A DNA stretch of 64,000 nt, taken from Octopus vulgaris. Taxonomy: Eukaryota. Position 1 is the first letter of the stretch. Every line of letters starts with the position of its first letter. The notes under the pieces were generated by a model. It saw only the letters and a program-made list of their open reading frames with translations. It was not told the origin of the DNA and ran no database searches. Below, piece after piece: positions 53,740 to 64,000 of the stretch. Made by a program: the position numbers and the translations under genes. The stretch covers positions 94,922,001 through 94,986,000 of the forward strand of contig OX597820.1 in the NCBI GenBank assembly GCA_951406725.2, in the 5' to 3' direction.

Positions 53740-54907
53740 AAGTATCGATTTCGTTTCTGAATTTTTTTTTTGAAATTGAAGCGTTTGGTTTATACTTATT
53801 TTGCACTATCATTAAAAAATGTCCCCTTTACGGAAAAGTAATCGAATGTAATAATTCCTATTTATGCATTTTAACTTTTGTCCTACTTCTGTCAACTTGT
53901 ATTAATCATGTTAATAGTCGCTTCACATAATCCAATAAATTATAGCATGTGTCGATAATTGGCAGGTTCAGAAAGGTTACTTTGCAGAACGGACACACCT
54001 GCGTGGTATATACCGAAGATTAGGATAAATTCCTGTAGAAAATAGAGATTAAAGTATTTGTCTAGATTAAGGGGCTAGCTGCAACACACCATGGAAGTAA
54101 AGCTGGGGCAAAGATCTCATTGGTTTTGAAACAACCAGGATATACTTTCGCACTTCACAAATATGTGAATGTGTTAGTGAGACTGGTAGGATGCAGAAAG
54201 GAATATTTGAGGACGGCGAGCTGGCAGAATCGTTAGCACGCAGAATCGTTAGCACGCCGGGCGAAATGTGTAGCCGTATTTCGTCTGCCGTTACATTCTG
54301 AGTTCAAATTCCGCCGAGGTTGACTTTGCCTTTCATCCTTTCGGGGTCGATAAATTAAGTACCTGTTACGCACTGGGGGTCGATGTAATCGACTTAATCC
54401 GTTTGTCTGTCCTTGTTTGTCCCCTCTATGTTTAGCCCCTTGTGGGTAGTAAAGAAATAAGGAATATTTGAGGACTCTTCTCAAGCTGCAGGTGAAGTGG
54501 CACAAAATGGGAGACCTTTCGCTGCAGAAGTGTTGCTTACGTTAAGGAATATGATTACTGAAAATCAATAAGGTTTTTTTTTAGCAAGCATCCAAAAGAA
54601 TTGGATGAAATTCGAGATGGAGAAGAGCTTGCAGACCGTAAGTATTAGTAGTCACATTAGATTTAGATTGAAACGCATAACAGAAGAGTACCACACATAT
54701 GCTATAATTAATTGGATTGTGTGAAGCGACTATCAATATGATTAGTAGAAGTTGACAGAAGAAGGATAAAAGTTAAAATGCATAAATAGGAATTATTACA
54801 TTCGATTACTTTTCCGTAAAGGGGACATTTTTTAACAATAGTGCAAAATAAGTATAAACTAAACGCTTCAATTTCAAAAAAAAAATTCAGAAACGAAATC
54901 GATACTT
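53740..54907. repeat. ~210-bp inverted repeat pair in the ABCC intron, enclosing a SINE
   Basis: 53740-53950 versus 54697-54907 reverse complement, with about a dozen mismatches, mostly transitions. Confidence 0.9.
54212..54458 (+). mobile_element. SINE family 1 copy with TSD and an internal 16-bp duplication
   Basis: Direct repeat aaggaatatttgagg at 54198 and 54459; gcagaatcgttagcac is duplicated. Confidence 0.9.
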
Positions 54908-55411
54908 GATAAAAATGGAAATAAATAAATCGAAGAAATTTAAATTTGATTTATTTTATTTTACTTGATTTAGTCAAGGGATCATTCCAGAGCCTCCGGG
55001 AACTTCGGAGTCACAAAAGAAAATTATTCAGCTATTTTAAACGTATACTTGCAAGAGAGTGGGCTGTGCTAAAGGTACCTAACATAAAAATGAATCAGCA
55101 GAATCTAGAATTATCACTAATGCTGCTGTTTTTGTTAAATAATCTCAGTTCAAATCTAATCAAGTATACTTTTTCTTCAAGAGGCATTCCACCTGTAACA
55201 ATTTAATCACTTTTCTTTGTCAGGTACAGTGTATATAGGATCGCATTATCTAGCGTAACCTTCTTTTTCTAAAACAGAGGTTTGTAAATTTTAGTGAGGT
55301 TTGAAGGTTAAGCGACCACAAAACAGTTCCCTTATTGGTTGTGATTAGTTGGCTCAGACTTGACATCTCTAATGTTTGACAGTAACTGTACTTCATTGAT
55401 TTCTTTTTCAG

Positions 55412-55573
55412 CGAGGGACTCATACCAACACATAAAGTAGGATTGTTTTCATTTGCCTATATCACATGGTTTACAAAGAAGCTTTTCGACTTCTTTCGCA
55501 AGCAAAGGAAAGGGGAAATGGCCAGTATATTGATGTGCGGTAAAGAAGATAGCTGTGAGAAAACAATTCCAAG
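55412..55573 (+). CDS. ABCC5-like transporter exon (lasso/L0 region)
   Basis: ttctttttcAG acceptor and AG|GTAT donor. 162 nt, phase 2/2. EGLIPTHKVGLFSFAYITWFTKKLFDFFRKQRKGEMASILMCGKEDSCEKTIP(R) matches the ABCC P...AGLFS..TF.W lasso motif. Confidence 0.88.
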
Positions 55574-55635
55574 GTATAAAACGTTGAAATTCATTATGCT
55601 GTAGAGCTTATGATGGTTGTGTATACGCATATATA

Positions 55636-55863
55636 GGCGGCGAGCTGGCAGAAACGTTAGCGCCCCGGGCGAAATGCTTAGCGGTATTTCGTCTGACGTT
55701 ATGTTCTGAGTTCAAATTCCGCCGAGGTAGACTTTGCCTTTCATCCTTTCGGGGTAGATAAATAAAGTACCAGTTTCGCACTGGGGTCGATGTAATCGAC
55801 TTAATCCATTTGTCTGTCTTTGTTTGTCCCCTCTATATTTAGCCCCTTGTGGGTAGTAAAGAA

Positions 55864-55866
<3 letters not shown>
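55636..55866 (+). mobile_element. SINE family 1 copy
   Basis: Near-identical to 30812-31043. Confidence 0.9.
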
Positions 55867-55932
<66 letters not shown>

Positions 55933-56019
55933 TGTGTGTTTGTGTGTGTGTGTGTGTTTGTGTGTATATATATATATACAAATATATATGTAGATAGATA
56001 GATAGATAGATAGATAGAC

Positions 56020-56126
<107 letters not shown>

Positions 56127-57326
56127 CAGATAGATAGCTTCTATTTTATTATACATATTATATGTATTAAAAGAGGGGCAGGTACTTGTTAATGGCAACA
56201 ATTATTTATAAGTTAATTATACAGAAGTATAATTATAATTAAGAAGAAAAACAGGAAAAAAACAGGATGACAGAGGTTCACAGTAGTTCTTTATATATAG
56301 ATGGACCTCAGGCAAGTTCTTCGAAATTTATAATTCTCATTGTGTCTTTGTGTACATACTTATTTTTTAGTTACACTTCAGCGTTTGAAGCTGTTGAATT
56401 TGTTCCTCTTTGACATGGCCTGGACCAATCTTTGGTCGAAACATATCTAAGTTTTATCTAAGTTTTATAAGATATACTTTCTAAACCATTCGACAAGAGC
56501 TAGAGTCATTTTGTTTATTTTTTGTAGTTGTCTCATAATGTTTAATGAAACAGTTTGAAGTCTTCTAAATTAACCAGCAGCTTTTCTACGTTCTTACTGC
56601 AGCAGCGTCTCTACATAGTTGTTCTGTCTGTTTCTTTATTTTTATTTGAAAGTTCTTTCTGCTTTCTTAATGCTCAACATTTGGAAGGATTTCTTCATCA
56701 TTTGTGTAGCCTGAACATTCTTTTGTGGTATGTTGCTGCTATACTATAGAATAATGACACTAAAATTTGATTTGATTTCTTTTCCACTAAGACTGATGAA
56801 AAAAATTTCTCTCCAAATTTTCAGACAAGGTCTCCACTTGCTGGAATTTTGTTTAATTTTTGCATTAGAAAGTTTACTCTGCAATCTTCATTGTCTCATA
56901 ATGTTCATAAATTTAGTTGATTCGCCTGGCATCGTAACAGTCATACTCCTTTAGCGTGCATTCTTCCGCAGTATTTGTAGTCTACGCTATGAAATGACCT
57001 GATCTGGGTTAGGATTAGAGTTAAGAATACTTTGAAGGTACAGACTGAAAATACAGAAATCCAAAATGTGTTAGTTGCTGTTCGTGTCTACACAAGAAAT
57101 GTTGAATCATACTTGTATTTTGGGAGTGATAAATACTTCAACTTTTTCAACAATAACTCCGTCATTCTTGAAGGCTCGGCTACTCTAGTACTCTAATATC
57201 ACAGATAAGAAAGAGAAGAGTCCGGTGAATTCTTCATAAGTAAGTCGATATTCGGAGAGTTCATACTCTAACGTATCATAGGATAAGAGAAGGGGAAATC
57301 CGAGCTCTCTTTTCCCCTCTCATCTG

Positions 57327-57435
<109 letters not shown>

Positions 57436-57530
57436 CTCTCTTCTCTTGTCGTAGGTTTTACTGAAGCACTAGAAACAAATTGAATTCTTTATTTCTTTTT
57501 ACTTTGCATTTTGCTTCTTTTTTCTTTTAG

Positions 57531-57678
57531 GCTGAAACAAATCTGGCTTGAAGAACTTTCGAAAAAGGGACCAGAAAATGCTTCGTTTAACAAAGCAGTC
57601 ATACGTTTTGCCCGAACCCGAATCATTATGGCAATAATATTCATTTGCTTCAACGCAATTATATCGTTCCTCGCAGCC
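57531..57678 (+). CDS. ABCC5-like transporter exon (end of lasso and TM1)
   Basis: Strong polypyrimidine tract plus AG (57529-57530) and GTAAGT donor (57679). 148 nt, phase 2/0. (R)LKQIWLEELSKKGPENASFNKAVIRFARTRIIMAIIFICFNAIISFLAA resembles ABCC5 RLERLWQEEL..GP..ASL.R....F.RTR. Confidence 0.92.
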
Positions 57679-58262
57679 GTAAGTGAAACATTTTTATAAT
57701 TGATGTTCTTGTTGCTGCTCTTGTTGTTACTCTTGCTGTTGCTGCTGCCGCTACCGCTCTTACTGCTACCACTGCTGTTGTTGTTGTTTACATCTTAAAT
57801 CAGATCAAATAACTGAACGAGCAAAATTATGGACTAAATGCATTCTACCAGGATCACCTTGTCATTTTAGGACCAGATACTGCAACAGCCTGGGTTCCAA
57901 GAGGCCCCCACAGCTTTTCACAATATCCTTCCAAAAATCTTAGGAGACCAATATAGGTTGGCTGTATTTATGTTCAAAATAAGACTGGGTCTCCCCCTGT
58001 CAAGAGTTCCAGATTAACCTAATTCACGGCAAGAAACGCAGCAACATCAAACTCTCTCATTCACCAAATGCCACATATCAGAAGATATTTTAAGTAGTGA
58101 AAGTGTAGCAAAGCTAACGGCGGTGCCCCAGCATGGGCGTAGGTCTTGAACTAAAAATAGTAAAGAAAAAGAAAAAACACAAACAAAACACAAAATTCAT
58201 CAATACTTTGGAAAGTTTCAAATTTCTTTAAAAATTTCTTATTTTTTCACTTTTATTTGTAG

Positions 58263-58410
58263 AGCTTCCTTATAAGACTCTTCGTTCAATATCTAGAGTC
58301 ACCTGACCAAACTGTAACCACAGGACTCATTCTAGCGACAGCATTAACAGTATGCCACTTTATTCGAAATTTTACTTATTCATTCATATGGTGCACCAAC
58401 TTTGTTACTG
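58263..58410 (+). CDS. ABCC5-like transporter exon (TM2)
   Basis: ttttatttgtAG acceptor and G|GTAAGT donor. 148 nt, phase 0/1. SFLIRLFVQYLESPDQTVTTGLILATALTVCHFIRNFTYSFIWCTNFVT(G), in frame with both neighbours. Confidence 0.9.
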
Positions 58411-58507
58411 GTAAGTGCCTTTCGGTTTTAGTGATGTTTGTTTTCTATAAGGAAGCATGAAGCGAAATGTTCAAGAAAATTGATAATGATCTAATAAGTT
58501 GTGACTC

Positions 58508-58718
58508 TTTACTCTTTACTCTTTTACTTGTTTCAGTCATTTGACTGCGGTCATGCTGGAGCACCGCCTTTGTCAAGCAAATAGACCCCGGGACTTATTC
58601 TTTGTAAGCCCAGTACTTATTCTATCGGTCTCTTTTGCCGAACCGCTAAGTGACGAGGACGTAAACACACCAGCATCGGTTGTCAAGCAATGCTAGGGGG
58701 ACAAACACAGACACACAA

Positions 58719-58779
<61 letters not shown>

Positions 58780-58945
58780 TACAACAGGCTTCTTTCAGTT
58801 TCCGTCTACCAAATCCACTCACAAGGCATTGGTCGGCCCGGGGCTATAGCAGAAGACACTTGCCCAAGATGCCACGCAGTGGGACTGAAGCCGGAACCAT
58901 GTGGCTGGTTAGCAAGCTACTTACCACACAGCCACTCCTGCGCCT
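58508..58945 (-). mobile_element. SINE family 2 full-length copy (ABCC intron)
   Basis: Near-identical to 23440-23838, plus an intact head. Confidence 0.88.
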
Positions 58946-58984
58946 ATATTTTATAGTGACGTCAATATTTTACAATTGCTGGTA

Positions 58985-59185
58985 TCAAATTAAAGCAATT
59001 GCGGGAGAGTGGATAAATTGATTGCATCAACCCCAGTGTTTAACTGGTACTCATTTTATCGACCTCGAAGGGATGAAAGACAAAGTTGGCTTCGGCGGAA
59101 TTTGAACTCAGTACATAATGACGGACGAAATGCCGCTAAGCATTTTGACCAGCGTGCTAACGGTTTTGCTACCTAACCGTCTTAA
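58985..59185 (-). mobile_element. SINE family 1 copy (antisense, ABCC intron)
   Basis: ggatgaaagacaaagttggcttcggcggaatttgaactcag..ccgctaagcatttt. Confidence 0.8.
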
Positions 59186-59713
59186 AGTAAACTAAAATAT
59201 TGAAAATTGGGATAATTATTTACTGTGGACAGTAAATAATCCTGTCTTCCATTGAGACAGAGTCGTACAATTTGAGAGAAGACTAAACTTCACTTAATCG
59301 CTTCCAGTACATTAGATACATTAATTTATCGTCCCCTTTCCATCCGCAGAATGTTGTAAAACAAAGACAAAACCTTTCTGGAAGCTAAATTCAAAATGTA
59401 AAGAGTCTGTAAAACTTTTTGTCCGGGGACATCCCAAGTCTGCAAATCCACTACCCTTTCTCTCACCTAAATATTGATTTCTCATATAAGCGCAAAACCA
59501 CATACATAACGGGAGTGTCGTGGGATGGGCACAGTCGATTTGTATCCAGTCTTTGATTGGTGCTTTATTTTATCTCCTCTGTAGGGATGAACCGTAAAAT
59601 CAATATCGATAGGATTTGAACTCAGAATGTAATTAGCCGTAATTAAATGCCACAAAAAGTTTTGACCAGCGATCTACCGACTCAGTTAAGTTACCGCCAT
59701 CGTGCCGCATGTG

Positions 59714-59747
<34 letters not shown>

Positions 59748-59749
59748 AT

Positions 59750-62312
59750 TGTCCAGTTTTATTTCAAGATTTTTTGCCAATAGAGAAAGAGCTGGTTTCT
59801 AACCTAAATTCAAGGCTTCATTGGAATTTCAACATCAACAACAGGATATTTTTGTATGTATGTATGTATGTATGTATGTATGTATGTATGTATGTATGTA
59901 TGTATGTATGTATGTATGTATATATGTATGTGTGCAGATTTGTATGTTTTGCTTTATGTATGTATTTTCATGCGTATAGTTGCATATCTAGACATGCTCA
60001 TATATATTTAAATGAGAAACTTCTGGTAAGTGTCACAGGTTTTTACAGTTCACTGATGGATTGGATCTGTAGTCTTCGAATTAGCTTTCTCCTTTCTGGT
60101 TTTGAGAAGCTTAATTTCTCAAGATTGGTACTTAGGCAGTGCGTTACATATCCCAGGGCCCCAATGACTACAGGTATAAACCTGAACTTGTAATCTGGAT
60201 AGAGTATCTGCTGATTTCTCAATAGTTCAGTGTAGGTGTCTCTTTTTCATTGATCTTCAGCTTTATGTTAACATCCGCTGGACAGCTAATTTCCACAACT
60301 GTGTACAGTTAGTTTCTCTTCTCCATCCCAAATCATTATATCAGGCATGTTGTGCTTATACTTTATTGAGGTCTTCACTGGAACATCCACCACTACTCCT
60401 TTTTTATTATGAGTGGCTATGGCTTCTACCATACAGTGAGTTCTTATTTCTTTGTCCTCGGGGTTATCCTTCCGACGGATTTCATTATAATGTCCTAGAT
60501 TCATCATGTCGCATTGGTAGATAATACCATGATGACATTTTCGGACACCTGCTTATGATGTGGATGATATCTTCTGTGTTAACTCCTCCACAAAGTCTGC
60601 ATTGGTTGTCACATTTTACTATTTTTTCTGCATCTGTATCCCTTTTGTGCATCAGGTATTTTGTTGATATTTCCTATACCTGGATTGCGAACGCAAACCC
60701 TTCAAAGTCGGAGGTAGTAAACTGTCTATTAGTCCATGATAAACTGCTTTGATTATAGATGTTACAATCATCTCGGAGCTTTTTACTAACATATCCATGC
60801 ATAGTCTTCAGCTGATATAGGCTCATCCTTTCATCTGATAATACGTTGCGGTTGAGTCGCGCGACTTCTTTGGACTTGTATTCTAGATTATCAGACAAAT
60901 AATGTTGCTCAAGGAGCTGCCGTCCAAGTCTTATGATGTTATCAGCCTCGTGTATGCAGACTTGGTCAAAGGATGCACTTCAATACTTGGTGGTTAAAAG
61001 ATGATGCCAAAGGGATATGATATGACATTCAAAGGCATTTTGGATCGATGTTAAGCCTATGCTGCCTTGTTTTTGTTTTAGGTAGAGGCGGTCTACGTCA
61101 CTGTTTATGTGTAAATTATGTGTGCTTGTTAGTATTTTTCGGGTTTTCACACCAATGGCTCGGATCTCATCAAGCGTCCAATCAAACAGCCCCAAATGTT
61201 GGTATGAGTAATGGCACTGCAAACACATTGTGGGCTACTGTTTTATTGAATGCAGAGACTTCTGAGGTTCGAATTTTCATTATTTGGCTATAATATTCTT
61301 TAGTGATACGTATTCTGTTACAGGTGCCATTGTAAGATATGTTTTCATTCACCCCTAGATACTTGTAACATTCCTCGTCATATATAGGGAGAACAGTCGA
61401 ATCCCTGATGCAGATATTACTAGTTAGGTTTATAGTTTCCCCACTTTTCACAATCATATAATAACATTTATCCTGCCCAAACTCTAACTCTACATCCTTT
61501 CAGAATGTTTTAATTAGGTCAATGCTCTTTTTCATATGCTTTGCATAAAGTTTTAAGTCACCATCAAAGAAACAGTATGTAATTTTGGTATTTCTGCTTC
61601 CTTGTGAATCAGTGACATATCCTTAAGACTTCCTTAACATGAATGACAAGGGGTTTAAAGAAAGTATAAACAACATCACAGAGAAGCTGTCTCTTTGGAA
61701 TATGCCTTTGTGATACTGTATTCTGTCAGTGATAATGCAATCACTCGTTGTGTTTAATTTCAAGATGGCAGCCCACGATGAAGTCAGGTCAGCTATGGCT
61801 TTGGAACTCCAGCAAGTTGAAGGGCTTCTTGCATCGATGAGTGGGGAAACAGAGTCAAAGGCTTTCTTGTAGGCTAGCCACTTTGGAACTAGGTTCTTCC
61901 TATACTCTCGTACCTCTGGCATCACAGTTGATTAACAATTGCTCGGGCCATCCCCAGACTCCCGTGTTCCCAGCTGCTTGTTCTGCTGTGATGATGTTAT
62001 TGGTTTCACAATGGTCCTGGAGGAAATGGTTTATACATTAAGTTCTGGCATGCAACTGGCCGGTAGTTTTTTGCCATGTGAGTGGTTCTGCATTTGGGGA
62101 TCAATTTTGTTTCTGATAGAACTAACAAGTGTGGTATGCTACTGTTCCCAGTGAGAGCTTGCTGGTACAGATTGAAAAGATATGATCGGTAGAATGTTAG
62201 CTTCTGTACCAATATCCAAAAGTCAAGACTCTTCCAGGTGCTTTGCCATCCTGGAGTTTCTGAATCACAGTTGCAAGAGTTTCACCATCAATGTTGCATG
62301 TCTTGGATTTCT
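59750..62312 (-). mobile_element. R4/Dong-like LINE in the ABCC intron, associated with (CATA)n
   Basis: NYRPVACQNLMYK, WLAYKKAFDSV, GIFQRDSFSV, YKYLG and HNMPDIMIWD. 3'UTR at 59750-60010 and (TATG)n at the 5' junction. Confidence 0.87.
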
Positions 62313-62809
62313 ATAACATGCATATGTATGTATGTATGCATGTATGTATGTATGTATGTATGTATGTATGTATGTATGTATGAATGTATGTATGTGTGTG
62401 TGTGTATCGAGTAATCGACCAGATTATTGGATGTTATACATCCTTTTAGCTTTCGGATGAAAGGGTAACACTCTCCCTGTTTAGGATACTAGTCCGTCGC
62501 AGAGTTACCCATTTACATTTAAGTGGACTGAAGCACCTTGAAAAAAGTGTTTTGCTCAAGAACACTACGCCCAGCCGGTTTCGAAATCGAAACCATGATC
62601 TCACGATCGTGAGGGCAATACACTTATCCACTAGCCGACGCGCCTTCATGTGTGCGTGCGTGCGTGTGTGTGTGTGTGCGTGTGTGTGTGTGTGTGCGTG
62701 CGTGTGTGTGCTAGTGTGTGTGCGTGTGTCTGTGTGTGTGTACATATATGAGATACATATGCATATATGTACATACAGGTATGTGTTTGTGTGTCTGTGT
62801 GGATTATAT

Positions 62810-62885
<76 letters not shown>

Positions 62886-63153
62886 ACGCTTGTACGAGCA
62901 ACTAGAGTATTATATATTTAGCGAGTTCTTGTTGGGTTACCTTTCCAAATTCAAGTTCTCCATCAGATTTAGTAGGCTATGGATGGAAAACCACTTCGGT
63001 ATCTTCTGCCCCTAGGGAAATCCTGAAATTCTCTTAGTGTCAAAAATCGATAGTAATCAGTTAAAAATGCCAATAATATTTTTCCACTTAAAACATTTTA
63101 ATTTTATAGTGAGTTGTAATGAAAATGACTAGAGCTTTGTTAATTTTTTTCAG

Positions 63154-63239
63154 GACATCGTGTTCGAAATAGCTGCCTCGGTTTGATGTACGATAAAGTG
63201 CTGAGGCTGCAAAATATAGGTAGTAAACAGATGGGTGAG
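63154..63239 (+). CDS. ABCC5-like transporter exon (intracellular loop 1); gene continues beyond the window
   Basis: tttttttcAG acceptor and GAG|GTAAGT donor. 86 nt, phase 1/0. (G)HRVRNSCLGLMYDKVLRLQNIGSKQMGE resembles the ABCC G.R.R.A.....Y.K.L.L......S.GE motif. Confidence 0.9.
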
Positions 63240-63360
63240 GTAAGTTTTTCTTAAACATCATAGTATTTACAACAAATCAGAATGCGTATTGAACATTATG
63301 ACAGATCAGGTTTAATAGTTGTTGCGTTTGCTATATTTCCGGTCATAGGATTGAAATTAT

Positions 63361-63570
63361 ATATATAAATTAGAAAAAAAACACCTTTTATCAATTCAAA
63401 ATGGACAATTAAATTACACCATCAAGAAAATTGCATATAATAGAAATATTACCATTAAAATAACAATAAAATGTCAAAGATTAAGTAAATTGCAAAAAAA
63501 TAATAATAATAACTTATATAAATTGTTATTCTACAATTGATAAAAGGTGGGTTTTTTTCTAATTTTATAT
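63361..63570. repeat. Short fold-back (about 36-bp arms) flanked by (TA)n
   Basis: taaattagaaaaaaaacaccttttatcaatt versus aattgataaaaggtgggtttttttctaatttt. Confidence 0.7.
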
Positions 63571-63663
63571 ATATATATATATATTATATTGTGTGAAATT
63601 TGATTTAGTACCTCTAAATTGAATTTTTTTCCTTGTAAGTTTTGGATTTTATTCCCTCAAATA

Positions 63664-63717
<54 letters not shown>

Positions 63718-63744
63718 AATCCCTGACTATTTGTTCTGTGTATA

Positions 63745-64000
63745 CAGGTGTTGGACAAAATAATGGAAACACCTTAAAATTTCAAACAAAATAATTTTAA
63801 TATGGGGTAGGACCGCCTTTGGCAACAATTACAGCTTGAATTCTGCGAGGTATGGACTCGTGCAAAGTTTGAATTGTTTCCAAAGTAATTTTTGTCCATT
63901 CTTCAGCTAAAACAGTCTCCAGTTCTTGTTGTGATGATGGTGGACGATATCGACTCCTTACTTGTTTTTCTAAAATGCACCATAAATGTTCAATAATATT
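63745..64000 (-). mobile_element. Tc1-like transposon 3' end, inside the ABCC intron
   Basis: TA|CAGGTGTTGGACAAAATAATGGAAACACC terminus. Minus strand 64000-63797 reads NIIEHLWCILEKQVRSRYRPPSSQQELETVLAEEWTKITLETIQTLHESIPRRIQAVIVAKGGPTPY*, a typical Tc1 transposase C-terminus. Confidence 0.88.

Noticed and set aside
56480-57000. Possible decayed LINE fragment on the minus strand
   Set aside because: No diagnostic motif could be read with confidence.

Overview
Eukaryotic, AT-rich, repeat-dense animal DNA. The tRNA-derived SINE families and dense microsatellites suggest a coleoid cephalopod (Octopus-like); this is an inference. Almost all ORF-track entries are microsatellite or transposon artefacts. 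The one recognisable host gene is the 5' part of an ABCC5/11/12-like (MRP5-type) ABC transporter on the + strand, with five in-phase GT-AG exons at 52927-63239 that continue past the window. The rest is mobile DNA: mariner and Tc1 fragments, a complete but decayed Chapaev3-like transposon (CAC..GTG ends, TAA TSD) nested in a Penelope-like element (PLE), several PLE RT/GIY-YIG fragments, four R4/Dong-like RLE LINEs, an L1/Tx1 fragment, non-autonomous Helitron-like elements, a hAT MITE, many SINEs and tandem repeats. Three signals stand out. (1) About seven type-I hammerhead-ribozyme-like motifs, several inside short non-coding fold-back elements, suggest a PLE-derived non-autonomous ribozyme-bearing family. 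(2) Four non-tandem local sequence copies sit 0.9-5 kb from their donors. (3) The RLE LINE families each end in a different microsatellite.
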